Counted from the stretch's first letter, positions 25,730 through 55,945 are shown. The stretch is 64,000 nucleotides of DNA from the human T2T-CHM13v2.0 reference genome, Homo sapiens (GCF_009914755.1 NC_060936.1), one strand, 5' to 3'. Program-made: numbers and translations. The notes: generated by a model not told the origin, from the letters alone.

Positions 25730-28553
25730 TTATTTCAAAGCTAGGTATCTGGCAGCTGCCCTCATGCAAGACTCTGACCACTTCCTATAACTAAACTGAG
25801 AACACTTGGCTTGTTTGGATCCAGCCGAGGGCAGAAGACAACTGCTCCCACTGCTGGGGAGGGAAAAGGAGAAGCTGACCTGGGCAGGGAGCGTGGAGCT
25901 TAGGCCTGGAAGCTGCCCCGGAAGAATTTCCCCTTCACAGGGTGTTTTCCTCTCAGCCCCTGAGGTAACGGTGGAAGGTCCTTCCCCAGGGACCCTGTCT
26001 CGGGGGGCTTTCCCGGCAGGGCCTAGCCCTACAGCACAGGAGCATGTAATCGAAGGGGTTGCTTGTGGTTTTCTAAGTCAGGTTGCAAGGGCAGCAGCAG
26101 GGGTGCCGCCAGATGCTGGGTTTGCCGCCCTCCTGTGCTGGAGTGTGCAAGACAAAAAATGGCGTGAGTTCCTTAACCTGGGGGTGACTGTCCTAGGGCC
26201 CCAGCCACCAAGAAGCCTGCAGACCAATGAGAGGAATCTACACAAAGAACTTAAAGTAGAGCCAAAGCTCTGGAATGACAGAAAAGCATTATGAACCACG
26301 AATCAGAGGTGCACTGAGGAATGGCTCATCTTGATTAGGGTTTTTGGGGATCTCCAGAAGCCAGGCTTATATTCCCAACAACGCCCACTACAGGTGCTGG
26401 CTCAGAGTAGTGGCTCAGAGGTAGTGGGGCTGGAAGTATTCCTTATGGTAGTAGTAGCAATAGTGGTAGTAACATCATTGTATAATAGTGATGGTAGTAA
26501 CAGAAAGTGTTAACACTTATTCTTCACTTCACATGTGCCAGGCATGGGATGTCTACATGGGATGTCTCACTTAACCCTCTTTAACTAACTTCATTTACAG
26601 TTGAAGAAACAGAGGAACTTACCCATCTCACTCAACTAGTAAGTCAGAGCTGGGCCGGAATTCAAGTGCGTCTGGTTTCAAAGTGCATGTTCCTGACCAT
26701 CGTGTTATGTGATAGAGATGGAAGTTAGTGGCAAAGATGCAAAGACATTGTGGTACATGTGGCAGGCATGGCAGCTGTGGGCTGGGGACCTTGTGCTTGT
26801 GTTTCTGTTGTTTTTGATTCAAGTGTGACATGAGGAGAAGGGGAGGTTGTTGCTGAACTAGGGGCTTGCAAAGGGTAGCTGCTCAAGATAAGACATCACT
26901 CTAGGTTCAGAGAGAAAATCAGCCACAGCAAGGATGGGCAGGGGGAAGGAAGAGACTTGCTTTCATGAGCGGCTGTTTTATTCTAGAATCACCAGCAGCT
27001 GGCCCTTCATTGCCCGGCTCCGAGGGGAAATAATCATAGTTCTGGCTAGCTGAGTCTTTGCGCCACCACTGCCTGGCTGACTATGAGCCCCAATCTGATA
27101 GGAACTTCAACGAAAAGGCATTTACAAAGCAGAAAAGGCATGAGGCTAGATCTTTGAGGCTGGAGAAGACTTAGGGTAAACAAAAGGCAGATATCCAGGT
27201 GCCCAGGGAAATGCAGCAGAATGAATGGGGTCCATCCACACTCAGAAGTGATGGGCTGGGGAGGGCCAGGACTAAGGCTAGGGGTCCTGGCACCCTTTGT
27301 ATTCATTACAAAGGGTGCCCCTGTGGGCTGGGCCCTGTGCTGGAGGCTGGCCAGTAAGGGTTGCTGACAGCGGTGGTAATGATGGTGGCAGAGTGGCTGT
27401 GACGGAGAAGGAAAAGGTAGAGGCAGAGTAGAATTTCCTGACAACAGTGTTGTGATTGTGGCCACACAGAAGCAATCCTCCTAATTGGTTCCTAGGGAGC
27501 TTAATTGCAGGGGAATTGCCTTTGGCCTATGCAGTCAGATCCCTAGAGTTCCAGCCTTCACTGTTTCGGATACCCTTTAATTAGTAATCACACACCACGC
27601 CCTGGTCTTTGAGTTCATTGGACTAATGAGTGTCCCAAGTCCTGAAGAGATTATTTCATTAAATGCATATAAAACTGGGCATCTACTGTGTGTTCAGCTC
27701 TATGCTAGACAGGGGGAGATGTCTGAGACACTCTCTTTCTCTTTTAGGAAGTTAATTGAACTGGAGGACAAACAATATAAACATACAAAAGTTGTTTTGC
27801 TGTTGTTATTGCTGTAGTTTTAATTCTACATGCCTATATTGGATTATGTGCTTGAACAAGTAACTCAGACAAGCTGTTCATTGAAATTCTGATCTAAAAA
27901 AAAAAGAATTTAAAAAGTACATGAAAATCTACTTTTTGCTTACCCTAAATCTTCTCCATCCTTGAATTAAAAAGAAATGGAAAAATAGAATAAAAGAGAG
28001 GTTGGGCTCTCTGAGGTAGGGGTTGCTAACTGGAAGGTCGGCCAGATTGGGCAGGTGCATGGGGCATCCCTGAGACACCGAGAGGCCCAGGCGGATTATA
28101 AAGGAAGGCTCGACTTGGGAAGCAGAGATGGAGGCAGAGATGGCGGCGCAGGCCTAGACAGTTCCCTTCTCCCTGTAGACAGTGTGGCATCATGCGAGGG
28201 TCCTGAGGGGAAGCAGTTTCACAGGGCCAGTGCTTTCCGTTAAGGAATAGGCTCTGTGTTGCAAGAGGAGGGCTGTGGAAGACACAGGTACCCCAGGGAA
28301 CCCAAGGGAGCTGAGTCAATTGGGCCATAATCTCTCATCATCTTCCTGGAGGATAAGAATCCCCTTCTGCAGAGCACCTCACCAGAGGGAAATAAAAAGC
28401 AGCCCCGTGAAAAATCCCAATGGCCGTAACCATCATGTCTGTAGTTTGAAGATGAATAGTGAATGTCATTTTTCTCTAGCCCTTTGGCCTTTGACTGCTC
28501 CTGGGCACAGAACAACAGTTGAAGGACCCAAATTCTGTAGATCAAGGTCATTA

Positions 28554-29021
<468 letters not shown>

Positions 29022-29391
29022 CTAATACCCTCTGCCTGTCTGAACCGGTTTGAAAGGAGCCTGTTTTTCCATGCTAGTCCAAAGTTAGCTAGCCCAGACA
29101 ATAGAGTTCATCTGCTTTTTCCCCATGTGTCTCCCAAAACCCTTCACTTTCCTGACATTAAATTTTCTGTGCCAGGAGTCCGATGACAGATGGGATATGC
29201 ACCAGAGACATGGGCAGAACCCACTGCTGCAATCCCAGGCTGTAGACATGGCTTGGGGCCTAGTTGGAGTGGGTGTGGAGAGTGAAGCAGAAAGCTCTGT
29301 GTTGGTGAGTGGGGGAAGAGGAAACTCTAGGCACAGAGGAATAGGAAAAGCGCCCCAGGCAAGATGATAGGGATTATCTAGATACTATTTT

Positions 29392-29530
29392 GTAGAGTAC
29401 TCAACTATCCCAGTTTTCCTAGGGCTGAGAGGTTTTCCAGAATGTCCGACTTTCAGTGCTACAGAAGTTCTGGAAAGTTCTGCACTGTTCTGGAAAAAAC
29501 TGGACCCTTGAAAACCAGAACGTCATTCAC
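29392..29530. mobile_element. hAT-family MITE remnant (MER81-like)
   Basis: CCCAGTTTTCCTAGGGCTGAGAGGTTTTCC...GACTTTCAGTGCT resembles the recalled consensus. Confidence 0.4.
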
Positions 29531-32500
29531 CATATTGGAGAGCTCTGAGTACCCGACTCTCCAGTGGACCCTAAGGATCACTGAAGTCACGTCTACCAAG
29601 CTTGTAAAACTTAAACACTCAAGCAATCCCTGGTCTGTCTCCATCCCTACTAGACCCCCTTTTCCCCTCACACACACTCTTGTTAAATGAATTCCTCAGA
29701 TTATGAGAAGAAAGCAGGTGGCTGGATGGCATCAATTTTTTTTTAATTCCAATCCCTCTCACTCAATGCCTATTCTGCTACAGGCACTGTGCTGAGTGAA
29801 AACCCAGACAGGCAGTCAGCATGGTCAAAATTCCCATTTCTTGGTGTCATATTAGTGTAGAGCATATTGTGCAGTAAGCCTCTATTTATTAAACACTTAG
29901 CAGAGGATGTTTAGTGACCTGAAACCTGGCAGTTTCCTTATCACTGCTAGTCTTATGGAACTTTCTACCTGCACCTCTCGGGGTAAACGTGGGGGAGCTG
30001 CATCTCTGCAGACACCCTTCTCTGAGTCTAGGACCTTCCCCACGTCTTCCCAGCATGGGTGTCTCCCTCCTCTCTGCTGCAGCCCAGCTCAGGAGGGGCA
30101 TGCTCCACCCTTCCCACCTGGAGAGAGAAACATCAGAGCAGTTTAACCAAGTGGTTGCAGGGCCATATGGTGCCTTTATGCCAATCAGAAAAAGGCACCC
30201 CTTCCTCTGGGCAGACGCAGCCCTTTCCCAGGGTGCATGGCTGGATTTCAGCCTCTACTTCCCCCGCACTGAGACTTAGTGCTCAGCACAACCTGCACGC
30301 CCCTCCAGGGCTGCCCTGGTAGCTTGCCTAAGTCTTGGGGATGGGCTCACGTTCCACAGATGAGTTGGAGCCTCTGGTCAGAGCTGTCCTCCTGCACAAA
30401 GGGTCATGGGAGCCTCCTGGCTTCCCCGAGTACTTGCCTCCTTCTCCAGGGCTGCCTGAGATCTGTCTGCCAGTTCCCAGGGTCTTTCCTCTCTGATCCC
30501 TGGGGAAAAGTGGTGGTCTCCCAGCTCCCTCATCACTGGAACCCCCAAGGGCTTGTCCACCAGGAACTCTGCCCCGCCTAGCTTTTCTCTGGCTTGGGGA
30601 TCCGCGGACTACTGTTCATTGTTCCAGCCTGAGTATCCTTTTGTCTTCAGCACCTCCTGGATTGTCTCTCCAAGCTCCTCCATTCTTGGTTCTCTCCCTG
30701 CTCGGGCTCCTAAGGTTTTTATGATGGAACAGGCCCCTAGCCACTTACTGTAGATCAAACACTCTTTAGTTCTCTTTCTCTCCTCTTTTTTTTTTTTTTT
30801 TTAAAGAAAAGCTCTTTGAACTCTTTACGACTCTACCCACCACCTACCTAGTCATCACAGGGAACTTTTCTCAGCTCCAGTGCACATAGGTATGTGAAGA
30901 CAAGCACTGTCTTGCCCTGGGAAGGACACATTTCTTCCATTTGTTCATTTTAAAATTCCACTAGGCCCCCATCTGGGCACTATTTAATCCATCTCCTTAC
31001 CTCAGACCCCCTCCACCTCCCCTCCAGCCACTTCAGGAAGAAATTTATATTGTCTGACACCCCAACCCCCTTTATTACAGGATTCATTTTTGAAAGACAA
31101 CAGGGAGGCTGAGGGAAATGCCTTAATCTTTTGATCTTCACTGTGAAGTTTGATGCTTGATCCACCTCTTCCTCTGCCCATTTGCAAAGCAAACAAGCAG
31201 GCTGTGCATTGGGCTGTAATTAAGCCACATCATCACTAATGACATGCTCTCTATCTCCCATCATCAGAGCATCATACAATCCATCCAAACAGGAAGGAGA
31301 AGCCCAGCCCTGCACCGTCCCTGGGGAGTGCTGGAGTGGTGGGTCAGGCCTGGGGTGGCAACTGCCTCCAGTGTGGAAGGAATGACCAGCTTCCCTCCCT
31401 GGGCCCACATCATATCTGAGCCTGCTGGGCCCTGGGGAAAGGTGTTAAGAAGGGACAGGAGAAGGGAAGAGATACCAGGCAGGGCAGAAGCACTAGGGGC
31501 CTGGACCACCATAGGCAATGTGGAAATTGGGAGGAAGAAACATAAAAGTAGCACATCAAGAAGAAATAGAAGAAGTGGAGACTTTAGAGAAAGGAGCTAG
31601 GGAAGGCTGGGTCAATGAGGAGGGGAAGTTGCTGCTGAGGGAAGGGCTAAAAACAGAGAGAATGGAGGATGAACCCCGAGGCTGGGGCAGGGGGCTGAAA
31701 TGAGCCTTTCAGAGCTCCATGGGAGACACATCCATGCAGCCCCACCCTGCGGGTGGAAGGGATGGTTGGCCTGCTGGATACAGGGAACCTCTCACTGCTG
31801 TGGGGTGAGGGACCCTCAGCACCACCCCACCGATGCAGACCTGCCATGGAATTAGAGGCTTGGGTCCGTGGGGCCTAGGGCAGGCTTGACGCTGGCACCT
31901 GAGCCTCGGGGTCAGAGAGTGAGCTCCTCCATCTGGAGCCAAGACCACAGCCAGCCCCTTTGGAAAGTTCTATCCCCCTCTCCTACAGAAAAGGAGGCAG
32001 GAGATGTTGACACCAGGAGACCAAGTCTCCATCTTCCCATTGTCATGGGCCCCCGCTGAGGCAAGTGGTGTCTTATGCAGGGCTATCAGGTTGGACACAC
32101 AGCTGTGGGTTCAGGAGGCAGGTTATGAAATAAGCCAGGAGTCTGCAGATCCAAGAGTTGGGGAGAATGACTCACATCATGGGGAAACCCGTCTGGAAGT
32201 GAGAACCGGTGAAAGCAGGTCCTGGGTCCTGGTGGCTCCTATTTCAGGGAAGAGGAACAGGGGCAGCGTGGAGCAAGGGTGGGGGCTGCATGTTTTAACA
32301 GGGGGCCAAGGAGAAGGCTCAGAGGAACCAGCAGCCCTTCCAGGAAGAGAGAACCTTCTGGAAATGGATGTGGGCTGGGAGGCTGGAGGAGAATGTAATG
32401 GGACTGGAACGGAGCCAGAAGCTAGCCTGGCAGGTGTGCCTCAGGTTCGACGAGGCTTGCTTTGCACTAGTCACTGTGCTAAGCTTTTTGCACATTTTAA

Positions 32501-35383
32501 CTCATTTCATCCTCACACCAACCTGTCAGGTAAATACTCTTGTTTTTCCCACATTACAAGTGAGGAAAGAGAAATTGAGCAGAGAAACTGAGTTGCCCAC
32601 ATTGCAGTTATAACTGGGAAAAGAAACAAATCAACAAAAGGATTCAGATCCACACCTGGCCGACTGCAAAATGTGTGTACCTCCACACTGGACTTCTAAG
32701 GTCCCTTTCAGTCCTATATCCACCACGCTATGGTTCAGTTCCTGAGCTCGGAGCAGCTTTAATCTAGAACTTGAGCTGCATCTGGAGTTCCAGGAAGAAG
32801 AATCTGGAATCTCTCCTGGAGATGGACGAATTGGAAGCAAGAAGGAGGGATTTCGAGGATAAGCCCTCTAAGAGGGGCCTGCATCCAAACGGGGATGCAG
32901 CGTGGACGACTTACCGGGGAGGAGGGATGGACAAGCCAATGGCAGCTGGTTTGCAGGAGAGGAGGGACCCTCAACATCTCTGGTGCTCCTGGAAGCTTTG
33001 CTAAATGTGAATGTAAGAACTGAGGGGCAGTGCAGAACAATTGTCCTTTGTGTAGTTGCCACTCTATAGGTGGCAGAAGTGGCAGAGCCCCTGAGATGGA
33101 GATTGGAAACAGCTGGCAAAGGGCGGCTCAAACCCCAGAGCAGCTGCCAAATGGGACCTAAGCAGTCTTTAACAAGCTCCCTGTCTCCAACAATTCACAT
33201 CCCTGTTACCGCCTCCTCCAGGAAGCCTTTCCAGATTGTGTTCCTCTCTCAGGCCTTTCTTCCTATGGAGCCCCCTGGCTGTGCCTTGCCAGTGCCTCCA
33301 TGCCTGGCTCATCTACTGCCTGAGAAAGAAAGAGTTCTCAGAGGAGGGAGGGGTTTGCACACTGTGCAGGCAGGGCTTAGGAGAGGGGGTCTCAGCTGAG
33401 TCATGGGGGCCCTCACTCCAAGGACCTCTGGATCAGCACCAAGATTTTCAGGAAAAGCTGTCTGAAGGCCTCAGGTTCTCTAATAAGAGGTGTGGAGGTT
33501 CAGGCAGCAGGCAGCATCAGCCCCTGCCCCCTCCTCCTTCCTGTAAGAGGAGAGGCCAGAGAGGAGAGGAAGAGGAGACAGGAGTCAGACCCAGGCAACA
33601 CAGAGGCTGGGGCCAGCCTGGGCATGCCAGGGAGTGAAACAGCATCCCCTCCCACTGGCAGCTCCGCGAGGGGCGCAGAGCCTGTCTAGGGTCATCCCAC
33701 GCCCTCTCTGCTGTAGGGAAGTCTTTCCTCCAGAGTCACAGGGGTAGAAAGTGCAGTATCCAGGACCAATGGCAGAGGGCAGTGTGTGCACAAAATAGAG
33801 GCACCGAGGGTTTTTCCCCTGCTTGGAAATGAACAGCCAGTGAACAGATAGGAATGTATTTTAGTGAATGGACCCAGTGCCCTCCACCTTTCACTTAGCC
33901 CATCTCGGCCAGGTCTCTGGGCAAAGTCCTGCTGTTGGTCCACACCTCTCAGACATGAACCAGCCCACAGCCAGCAAACACAGACGTATGCTTTAAAAAT
34001 ACTAGTAATAACAGTGAGCATCTACAGGTGTCAGACTGTGTTCCAGGCACTGTTTTACTCCCCTTATCTCTTTTCCTATTCTCTGATCTCCTCTAAGGTG
34101 AGTTCTTTGAAAGGTAAGGAGGTGTCGAAGCCAGGAGCATAGACTCCAGAATCAGACTGGAATTCAGATCCTCCCATTTACTAACCAGGTGACATTTGGT
34201 TAGTTACTTAACTCCTCTGAGCTTCAATATCCTCACAAGTTAAATGGACATTATAATAATCGCATCTTATAAAAATAATACATGTCAGATTGTTGGGAGA
34301 ATTAATTGAGTTACCAGCCATAAAGTGCTTACCAGAATGAGTGCTGAGAACAGTTTCTGGCAACAGAAAGCACTTCATAATGGCCAGCTTGTATTTATCT
34401 TCTTTTACAAGGGCAGGATCTTGCACTAGGCCACTACTGGCAATTAGAAGAGCTAGGATTCAAAGCTAGGTATATGACTCTTCTGCCACTATGCTAGGCC
34501 CAAGGGGACCATTTATCTGACAGTCCTGGCTTTGCCAGTTGTCCAAGGATCCACCTTAGTATTTATTTAGATCAAAAGTGTCCCAGTTTGAGTGACTGCC
34601 TGCACACAAATGCATATAAGACACAAATTTATTAACACAAATATGTCATATCACTTGCATACCAGACAATTGAGACATGGGTATGTTGTGTGTATATCCA
34701 GCTCTTTTTCCCAGGGAAGGTGGGCTAAACTAAGGCATGCATTCCCATGGTAAAAGTGCTGACTGCAAGCCGGACCCTGGAACAAGGGGATGTAGGGCAT
34801 GGAGTGAGGGACAGACATGTGAGCAGCTGATATGACACCAGAAAAATAGAGTGCCGGCTTTAACACAGGCTCAGGACAGGGCTGTGAGTGTACAAGCCAC
34901 TGGTCCAGCCCCGGCTGCTCACCAGTGGTGTGAACATGGACAGGTCACTCAGCCATCTGGGACTCGGTTTGCCTGCCTGTAGAATGGGGGTGTGGGGTAG
35001 GGAGGTGTTGGGCCACAGCTGTATTGATCCTTCTCATGTAATGCTTGAAGATGGATGGGTCCACCTGGAGGGACCAGGCACCACAGAAATGTGGGTGGTG
35101 GAGTCTCAGCCAGGCCACACAGGTGCGCAGGCTGTCCATCACGGGTAATGGACATCTGAGGTTGAGAAAAAGATATGTGCAAAGGCCCTCAGGTGTGAAA
35201 AGTCTGGCCTGCATGGGGAAAGGCTGGAGAATAAGGTGGGAAACGACACGGGGGAGACAGGATCTCGGGCACTCTGAATGCCATCCTCAAACGAGGTTTG
35301 CACTTGAAAGATGGTCTCGCATTAAGGGTTTTTTTCAAATCAACTGTGCTAACTGACTCTGAGAAACAAACATTCTTGCAGAA

Positions 35384-35433
35384 ACACACACATACACACA
35401 CAAACATACACACACATACACATACACACACAC
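35384..35433. repeat. Imperfect (CA)n microsatellite
   Basis: Direct reading. Confidence 0.9.
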
Positions 35434-36191
35434 GCAGAGCTAAAAGAGCATCCTTGAATCTCTCAGCTTCTTACTCCACTGAATTTTTCTTCATAGTAGT
35501 TAACACTGCTTGACTTCATATTATATATTGCTTTGGTAGGTGCATATTTTCACTCTCCCTCTATGGGGCCAGTGTCTGTGCCTATTTTGTTTATTCTGGT
35601 ATTCCCAGTGCCTGAGCAATGCCTAGCTCACTAAATATTTGTTAATTGAGCACTATTTCATATACACCTTAGATAGAGAGGCTACAAGCATATATACACA
35701 CAGGCCTTACATATTAGGGTGAAAAGGAAGTTGGTTAAAAGAAGAGGAAGACAGGGCCATTGTGTGGGAGCAGGACTGGGGAGTGAGTGGTGGGTGGTGG
35801 AGAGTGAGACAGTGGGGAGAATGAAGGGAAGACCACTCGCTACACAGACAGTGAGTGTGCTCAACCATGGGTGCTTTGAGAACCAGAGCAGGAAGCCATG
35901 AGGAAGCTCTAACGTCTGTATCTATCATGGGGTAATGATGTCTTGCAGGGCTATTGTGCAGAATAGGTGGCACAGGGCACGTGAAGCAATGGGCCTGCCC
36001 GGCCCTGGCCTCAGTAATACATTTCAACTGTTTACAAGGATCAGCCCTCACCCAGTGCCTACCTGGCTAAAACCAGTGAAGAGCCACATGAGCCCAGAGT
36101 GAAGCAAGAATCAGATGAAGAAAAGTTAAGGCACTGCAGATGGTGACATCCTGGGCAACAGATTCAACTGAGAACCAAACAGATTTAATCA

Positions 36192-36197
36192 TTTATT
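36192..36197 (-). terminator. KRT72 polyadenylation signal AATAAA
   Basis: About 375 nt after the stop codon; an ATTAAA follows immediately. Confidence 0.75.
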
Positions 36198-36572
36198 GCA
36201 GAAGAAGCAGAGGACTGGACACAATCCCAATCAGAAGATGAAGAGAGTCCCTTGGTAGTGAAGGCCCAAGAAAGGCATGGGGGCAGAGGGGCTTGTAGCT
36301 GGCCTTGGGGAAACATCCTGGGTAAGTGTTGTCTTTGCATTTCAGGCAATGACCCAACGAAACGGGACCAAGAAGGAGGCCACTGAGAGAGCTCCTGACT
36401 GGACTCCTTGCATCGAAGCATCACACCTTGAGGACAACAGGGAGAGGAAATGGGGTTGGGACTGTAGTGACAGACAAAGCATTTCTTGACTTGGAAAGGG
36501 AGCCCAGGGAAGGAGAGGGAGGAGACGGGTGAGTTGGGAAGCCTTCTTCTCACAGAGCCAACCACTTGTCCA

Positions 36573-52049
<15,477 letters not shown>

Positions 52050-52129
52050 GGCTCGCAAGTACCGGTGCTGGCCGCGCGGGAGGCAGAAGGGGCGCAAACA
52101 GCCGCTGCGTTCTCGGCCCAGCTCGCCCC

Positions 52130-52136
52130 TTAAATA
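52130..52136 (-). promoter_or_regulatory. KRT72 TATA-like box (TATTTAA)
   Basis: About 80 nt upstream of the ATG. Confidence 0.6.
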
Positions 52137-54504
52137 GCCTGGCTGGCTGGAGTCAGCCTAATTTGTATGTCGACAACACCTTTTAGATCCCTTGAGGCCT
52201 CTTGGGTTCTTCATGTAGGAAATTACCATGCACTCACCGAGATTTTTGTCTGTTCCACCGTGAACTCCCCATGAATCCCTATAAAGTGACCCAGAACCCA
52301 GCATTTACTTGGCTCACCTCCTGCATTATCATGGCTTAGCGACCTTATCTCCACCTGCTGGCCTCCAATTACTGGGGTTATCACTCCCAAGATCACCCCT
52401 GGAAACTTCCAGTGGGGCTGACCCTCTGGGTGTGTGTCTGGGGAGACGGAGGTGTGTGAAGCAGAAGTCCAGGCTGCTTCTGCTTCAGAAGGCCATGAAT
52501 AGAGTCAAGACTATCGCAGAAAATCATCCTTAGCCTGTCCTCCTCCTGCCTCCCAGGCTTCTGGATGAGGACAGCTCTGTCCCTTGTGCAAGAAGGAAGT
52601 TCAGAAGGAGGAGATTTTGGCCCCGTCTGCAGAGACCTCTCAGTCTATTGGAGAAGGCAGGACACAGAGACCTCTGGTCACAAGTGTTGAGGGTTGACTT
52701 TGGACCAGAGTGAAAAGATTTCTCCACTAAGCATTTCTGGACTAAGAATGGGGACCATGCTATCTGGGAGGGAGGGAAGAAGGCCTGGGGAGGTGGTACA
52801 GGAAGACTCAGGCATGGTTTAGCAGATGATGTTTCCTAAGGCTTTCGGTTGTTTTCATTTTTGTTTTCTTTTAATAGCAGAAGAGGCTTATTTATCCCAT
52901 CCAGCAAACCTCTGCTCAGGTCATTTGCCACCCAGTCATTTCTGATTCAGCATCAAAATGTGATCAGTTATTAGGAAGAGGTCAAGACTCTTCAGATCTA
53001 AAACCAAGAACTAGATTCTAGAACTTCATTCCCTTTAAGCTACAGAGGCTCCTTCTTCCACCTAACCCGATTTCCTTTTCTCAAACTTAAGCTGCCTTCA
53101 AGTCTCCTCCTCTCTTAGCAACAGCTCTCCTGTTCCTCTGGCATGCAGGTGGGATTATTTCATTGCTCTTATTTCTTAAGCTGCCAGAGTCCTGGGTGTG
53201 TGTTCCATTTCCTCTATCAGATTGACAGGGCCCCCTGGATTCACCCTTCCCTCCTCTGCTCCCCCAGTGCTCAGCCCAGGCCTTGGCCAAAGGGACATTT
53301 AGGATGATTGTGAAACAGCAGAGTGCTTAGGGCAAGGCTTGTTACTGCACCTTCAGTGATACCCTGAAGGCTGGGCTCCCCTTGGGGACCTCATGGGTTG
53401 GTTAAATGGTACCTGGGGGTAATTGGCTGACATAGCCTCCACTGGGCCAATGACAGGACATAATAACAGCCGAAGCGTTTACTCCACGGGGAACAAAGTT
53501 GTGAGGGCATTGTTAAGCGCTGGAGATGGCACCGATCACAGATGAACAGTTAACGGCATCTGGGTGTCCTAGGTGGGAGAGAGGTTGGGCTCTCAGTGCT
53601 GCCTCAGAGGAGGGGCTGTAGTCCCTTCCCTCTGAAGAGGAGAAGGGCAGTGTCAGTGTGGCTGGGTGACAGCAGACCCTTCAAGAAGATCAAGGTTATG
53701 TTTTTTATTATTACATGAGATTTTCCCTCTACCCCGTAATTTTAGCCAGTTTTTTTTCCACAAGCACAAAAATGAATTTATTTATTCCAGCCATTGAGAA
53801 TAGAAAAGCAAGGAATGGATTACACTGAAAGAGGAGAATTTTTACATAGGATTGACTGACAAAGGGTGTCTTTGAAATAATTTTTTTTTTCTTCCTAGAA
53901 ATTTTCTAAGGAGTTGAGATATCCTGGGACCAGGGCTCTTCTGCCCAGGGTTAGGGAACTGTAAGATGACCTTTTCTCATCTTCCTATGAGGGGTTGACT
54001 GGCTGGATGAATAAGGAATTCCTCAACCCCTGAATCACCTTTATTACAGATCATGAGGAGACACAAGTGACACATGCAGATTTCAAAGGCCTCAGATGTG
54101 TGGGGATGTCAGCAGATCAAAGGGGGTTGAGGCCTGGGAGGAGGGGTTCTCATTGCCTCTGCCTCTGACAGCAGCTTACGGTGTCACCTCAGGCCTTGGT
54201 GACCACCTCTGTCATTAGTTCTTGGGTTAAAGCAACCCCTGGATTAGTAAACCAGACAAGGAACATTGCCCTTAGAAATCAGATCTTTACTACAAAAGAC
54301 GGATGAAACCACTCTAGGCTGAGAATTGAAAATGCATTGCTGGTTAAACTGGGTCTCCTTGCCCTGTAACACTACTTCTTGGGAAGTTAATAGGTATCAT
54401 GGGAAAAAAAGATATGGGAATGGATTCTGTGCTTGGTTTAAAAAAAAATGAAGCAGGCATCTTATTGCAGGACTTTCTAGGCCCATTAACATGCTTAGTG
54501 CTAG

Positions 54505-55075
54505 AGCAATTTTAGGGCAGTGAACTATTCTGTACAGTACTGTAATGATGACTACATGTCATTATACATTTGTCCAAACCCACAGACTTCCCAGTGAACG
54601 CCAGTGTAAGCCAGGGACTTGAGGTGATAATGCTGCATAAGTGTAAGTTCATCAGTTGTAACAAATGTACCCCTATGGTGGGAGATGTTGATAAGGAAGG
54701 AGGCTATGCATGTGTGGGGGTAAGGGGTAAATGGGAAACCCAAGTACCTTCCACTCTATTTTGCCGTAAACCTAAAACTGCTCTAATGAATAGTAAACAA
54801 ATAAATGGATATATAGATGGGTGGGTGGGTAGATGGATGAATGGATGGACAGATGGATGGTATTAAACCATAATAACAGAAAAATGCATGATACTTTCTG
54901 TTGCACAAAAGGGTAATACAAAACTTAATGTTTTTCACACCTGATGGCTGAGAGGTGAACTTGTGAATGGGGCAGTGTCAGTGGGTTTTTTTTCTATTTT
55001 TTAATATTTCTGAATTTTCTAATATGAGCATATAATGCTTTTATAAATAAGTTATATTTTTCAAAAAAAAAAAAA
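54505..55075 (+). mobile_element. Old L1M (L1MC/ME-like) 3' fragments with (GGAT)n
   Basis: ACATGTCATTATACATTTGTCCAAACCCACAG...CCTAAAACTGCTCTAA. Confidence 0.65.
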
Positions 55076-55534
55076 CTAAAGATGAAAGGAGAGGGAAGTT
55101 GATTCTAGAATCGGAAATAAAGTACTGTTCTTGTCACACACAAAAAACCCCCACAAAACTCAGTGTTTTCCAAACCACTTTTTAGGCCATTGAGCCCTCT
55201 CTTTGGCCAGATACTTTATGGGGCCAGAGTTTCAAGGAATATACTTTAAGAAACACTAAACAAGATATCTCCACTTCACCATTAAATTGACTTAAATTTC
55301 CCAAATCTGAAGAGACTTACAATATCTCCCTAAAAACATGAAGGAGACCTAAATATAATAGGCAGGCTTATCTAGTTTATGGCAATATGGCCAGGGTTGT
55401 ATTGTCCAAACCAAAGGGAGGTAGTTTGCATGGACTCCTGAGAGCATGGCCAGCATCATCCCTGCACTGGCCAAGGGAGAGAGAATTCTCAGCCTGGTGA
55501 TGAGCATTGGGTATCTAGACTGAGCAAGGTGAGC

Positions 55535-55945
55535 CACAGACTGCCAGAGCTCACCAAATAACCTTGCTCTCCTCTCACTTCCCAGCCTCCTTTGCAGTTC
55601 TGGTGGGGCTTGGGGTCATGTGACTAGCACTGGCCAATGAAACATGAGTGGCATTGAAGTGTGTCATTTCTGGGGTAGGGCAGTAAGCAGGTCATGTGCC
55701 TCCTCCATCTCTTTTCCCCTGTCTGGTGACCTTGGAGTTCATGTGTCCCATGTGGCAGGGCTACAAGGCAGAAGAGCCTGGGTCCCTGAGATACCCAAAG
55801 GGAGAACCACACAGGGCAGCTGCCCTAACCTGCCTTGGACAGTGAGTGAGAAATAAATCTTTGCTGTGTTAAGTTAAGCTGCTCAGATGTCAGGGTTTGT
55901 CTCTTGAGGCTGTCAGCATTCATTATATGAACCCAAGCTTAGAAG
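55535..55945 (+). mobile_element. MLT1-family MaLR LTR
   Basis: CACTTCCCAGCCTCCTTTGCAG...CATGTGACT...GAGTGAGAAATAAATCTTTGCTGTGTTAAG. Confidence 0.65.
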
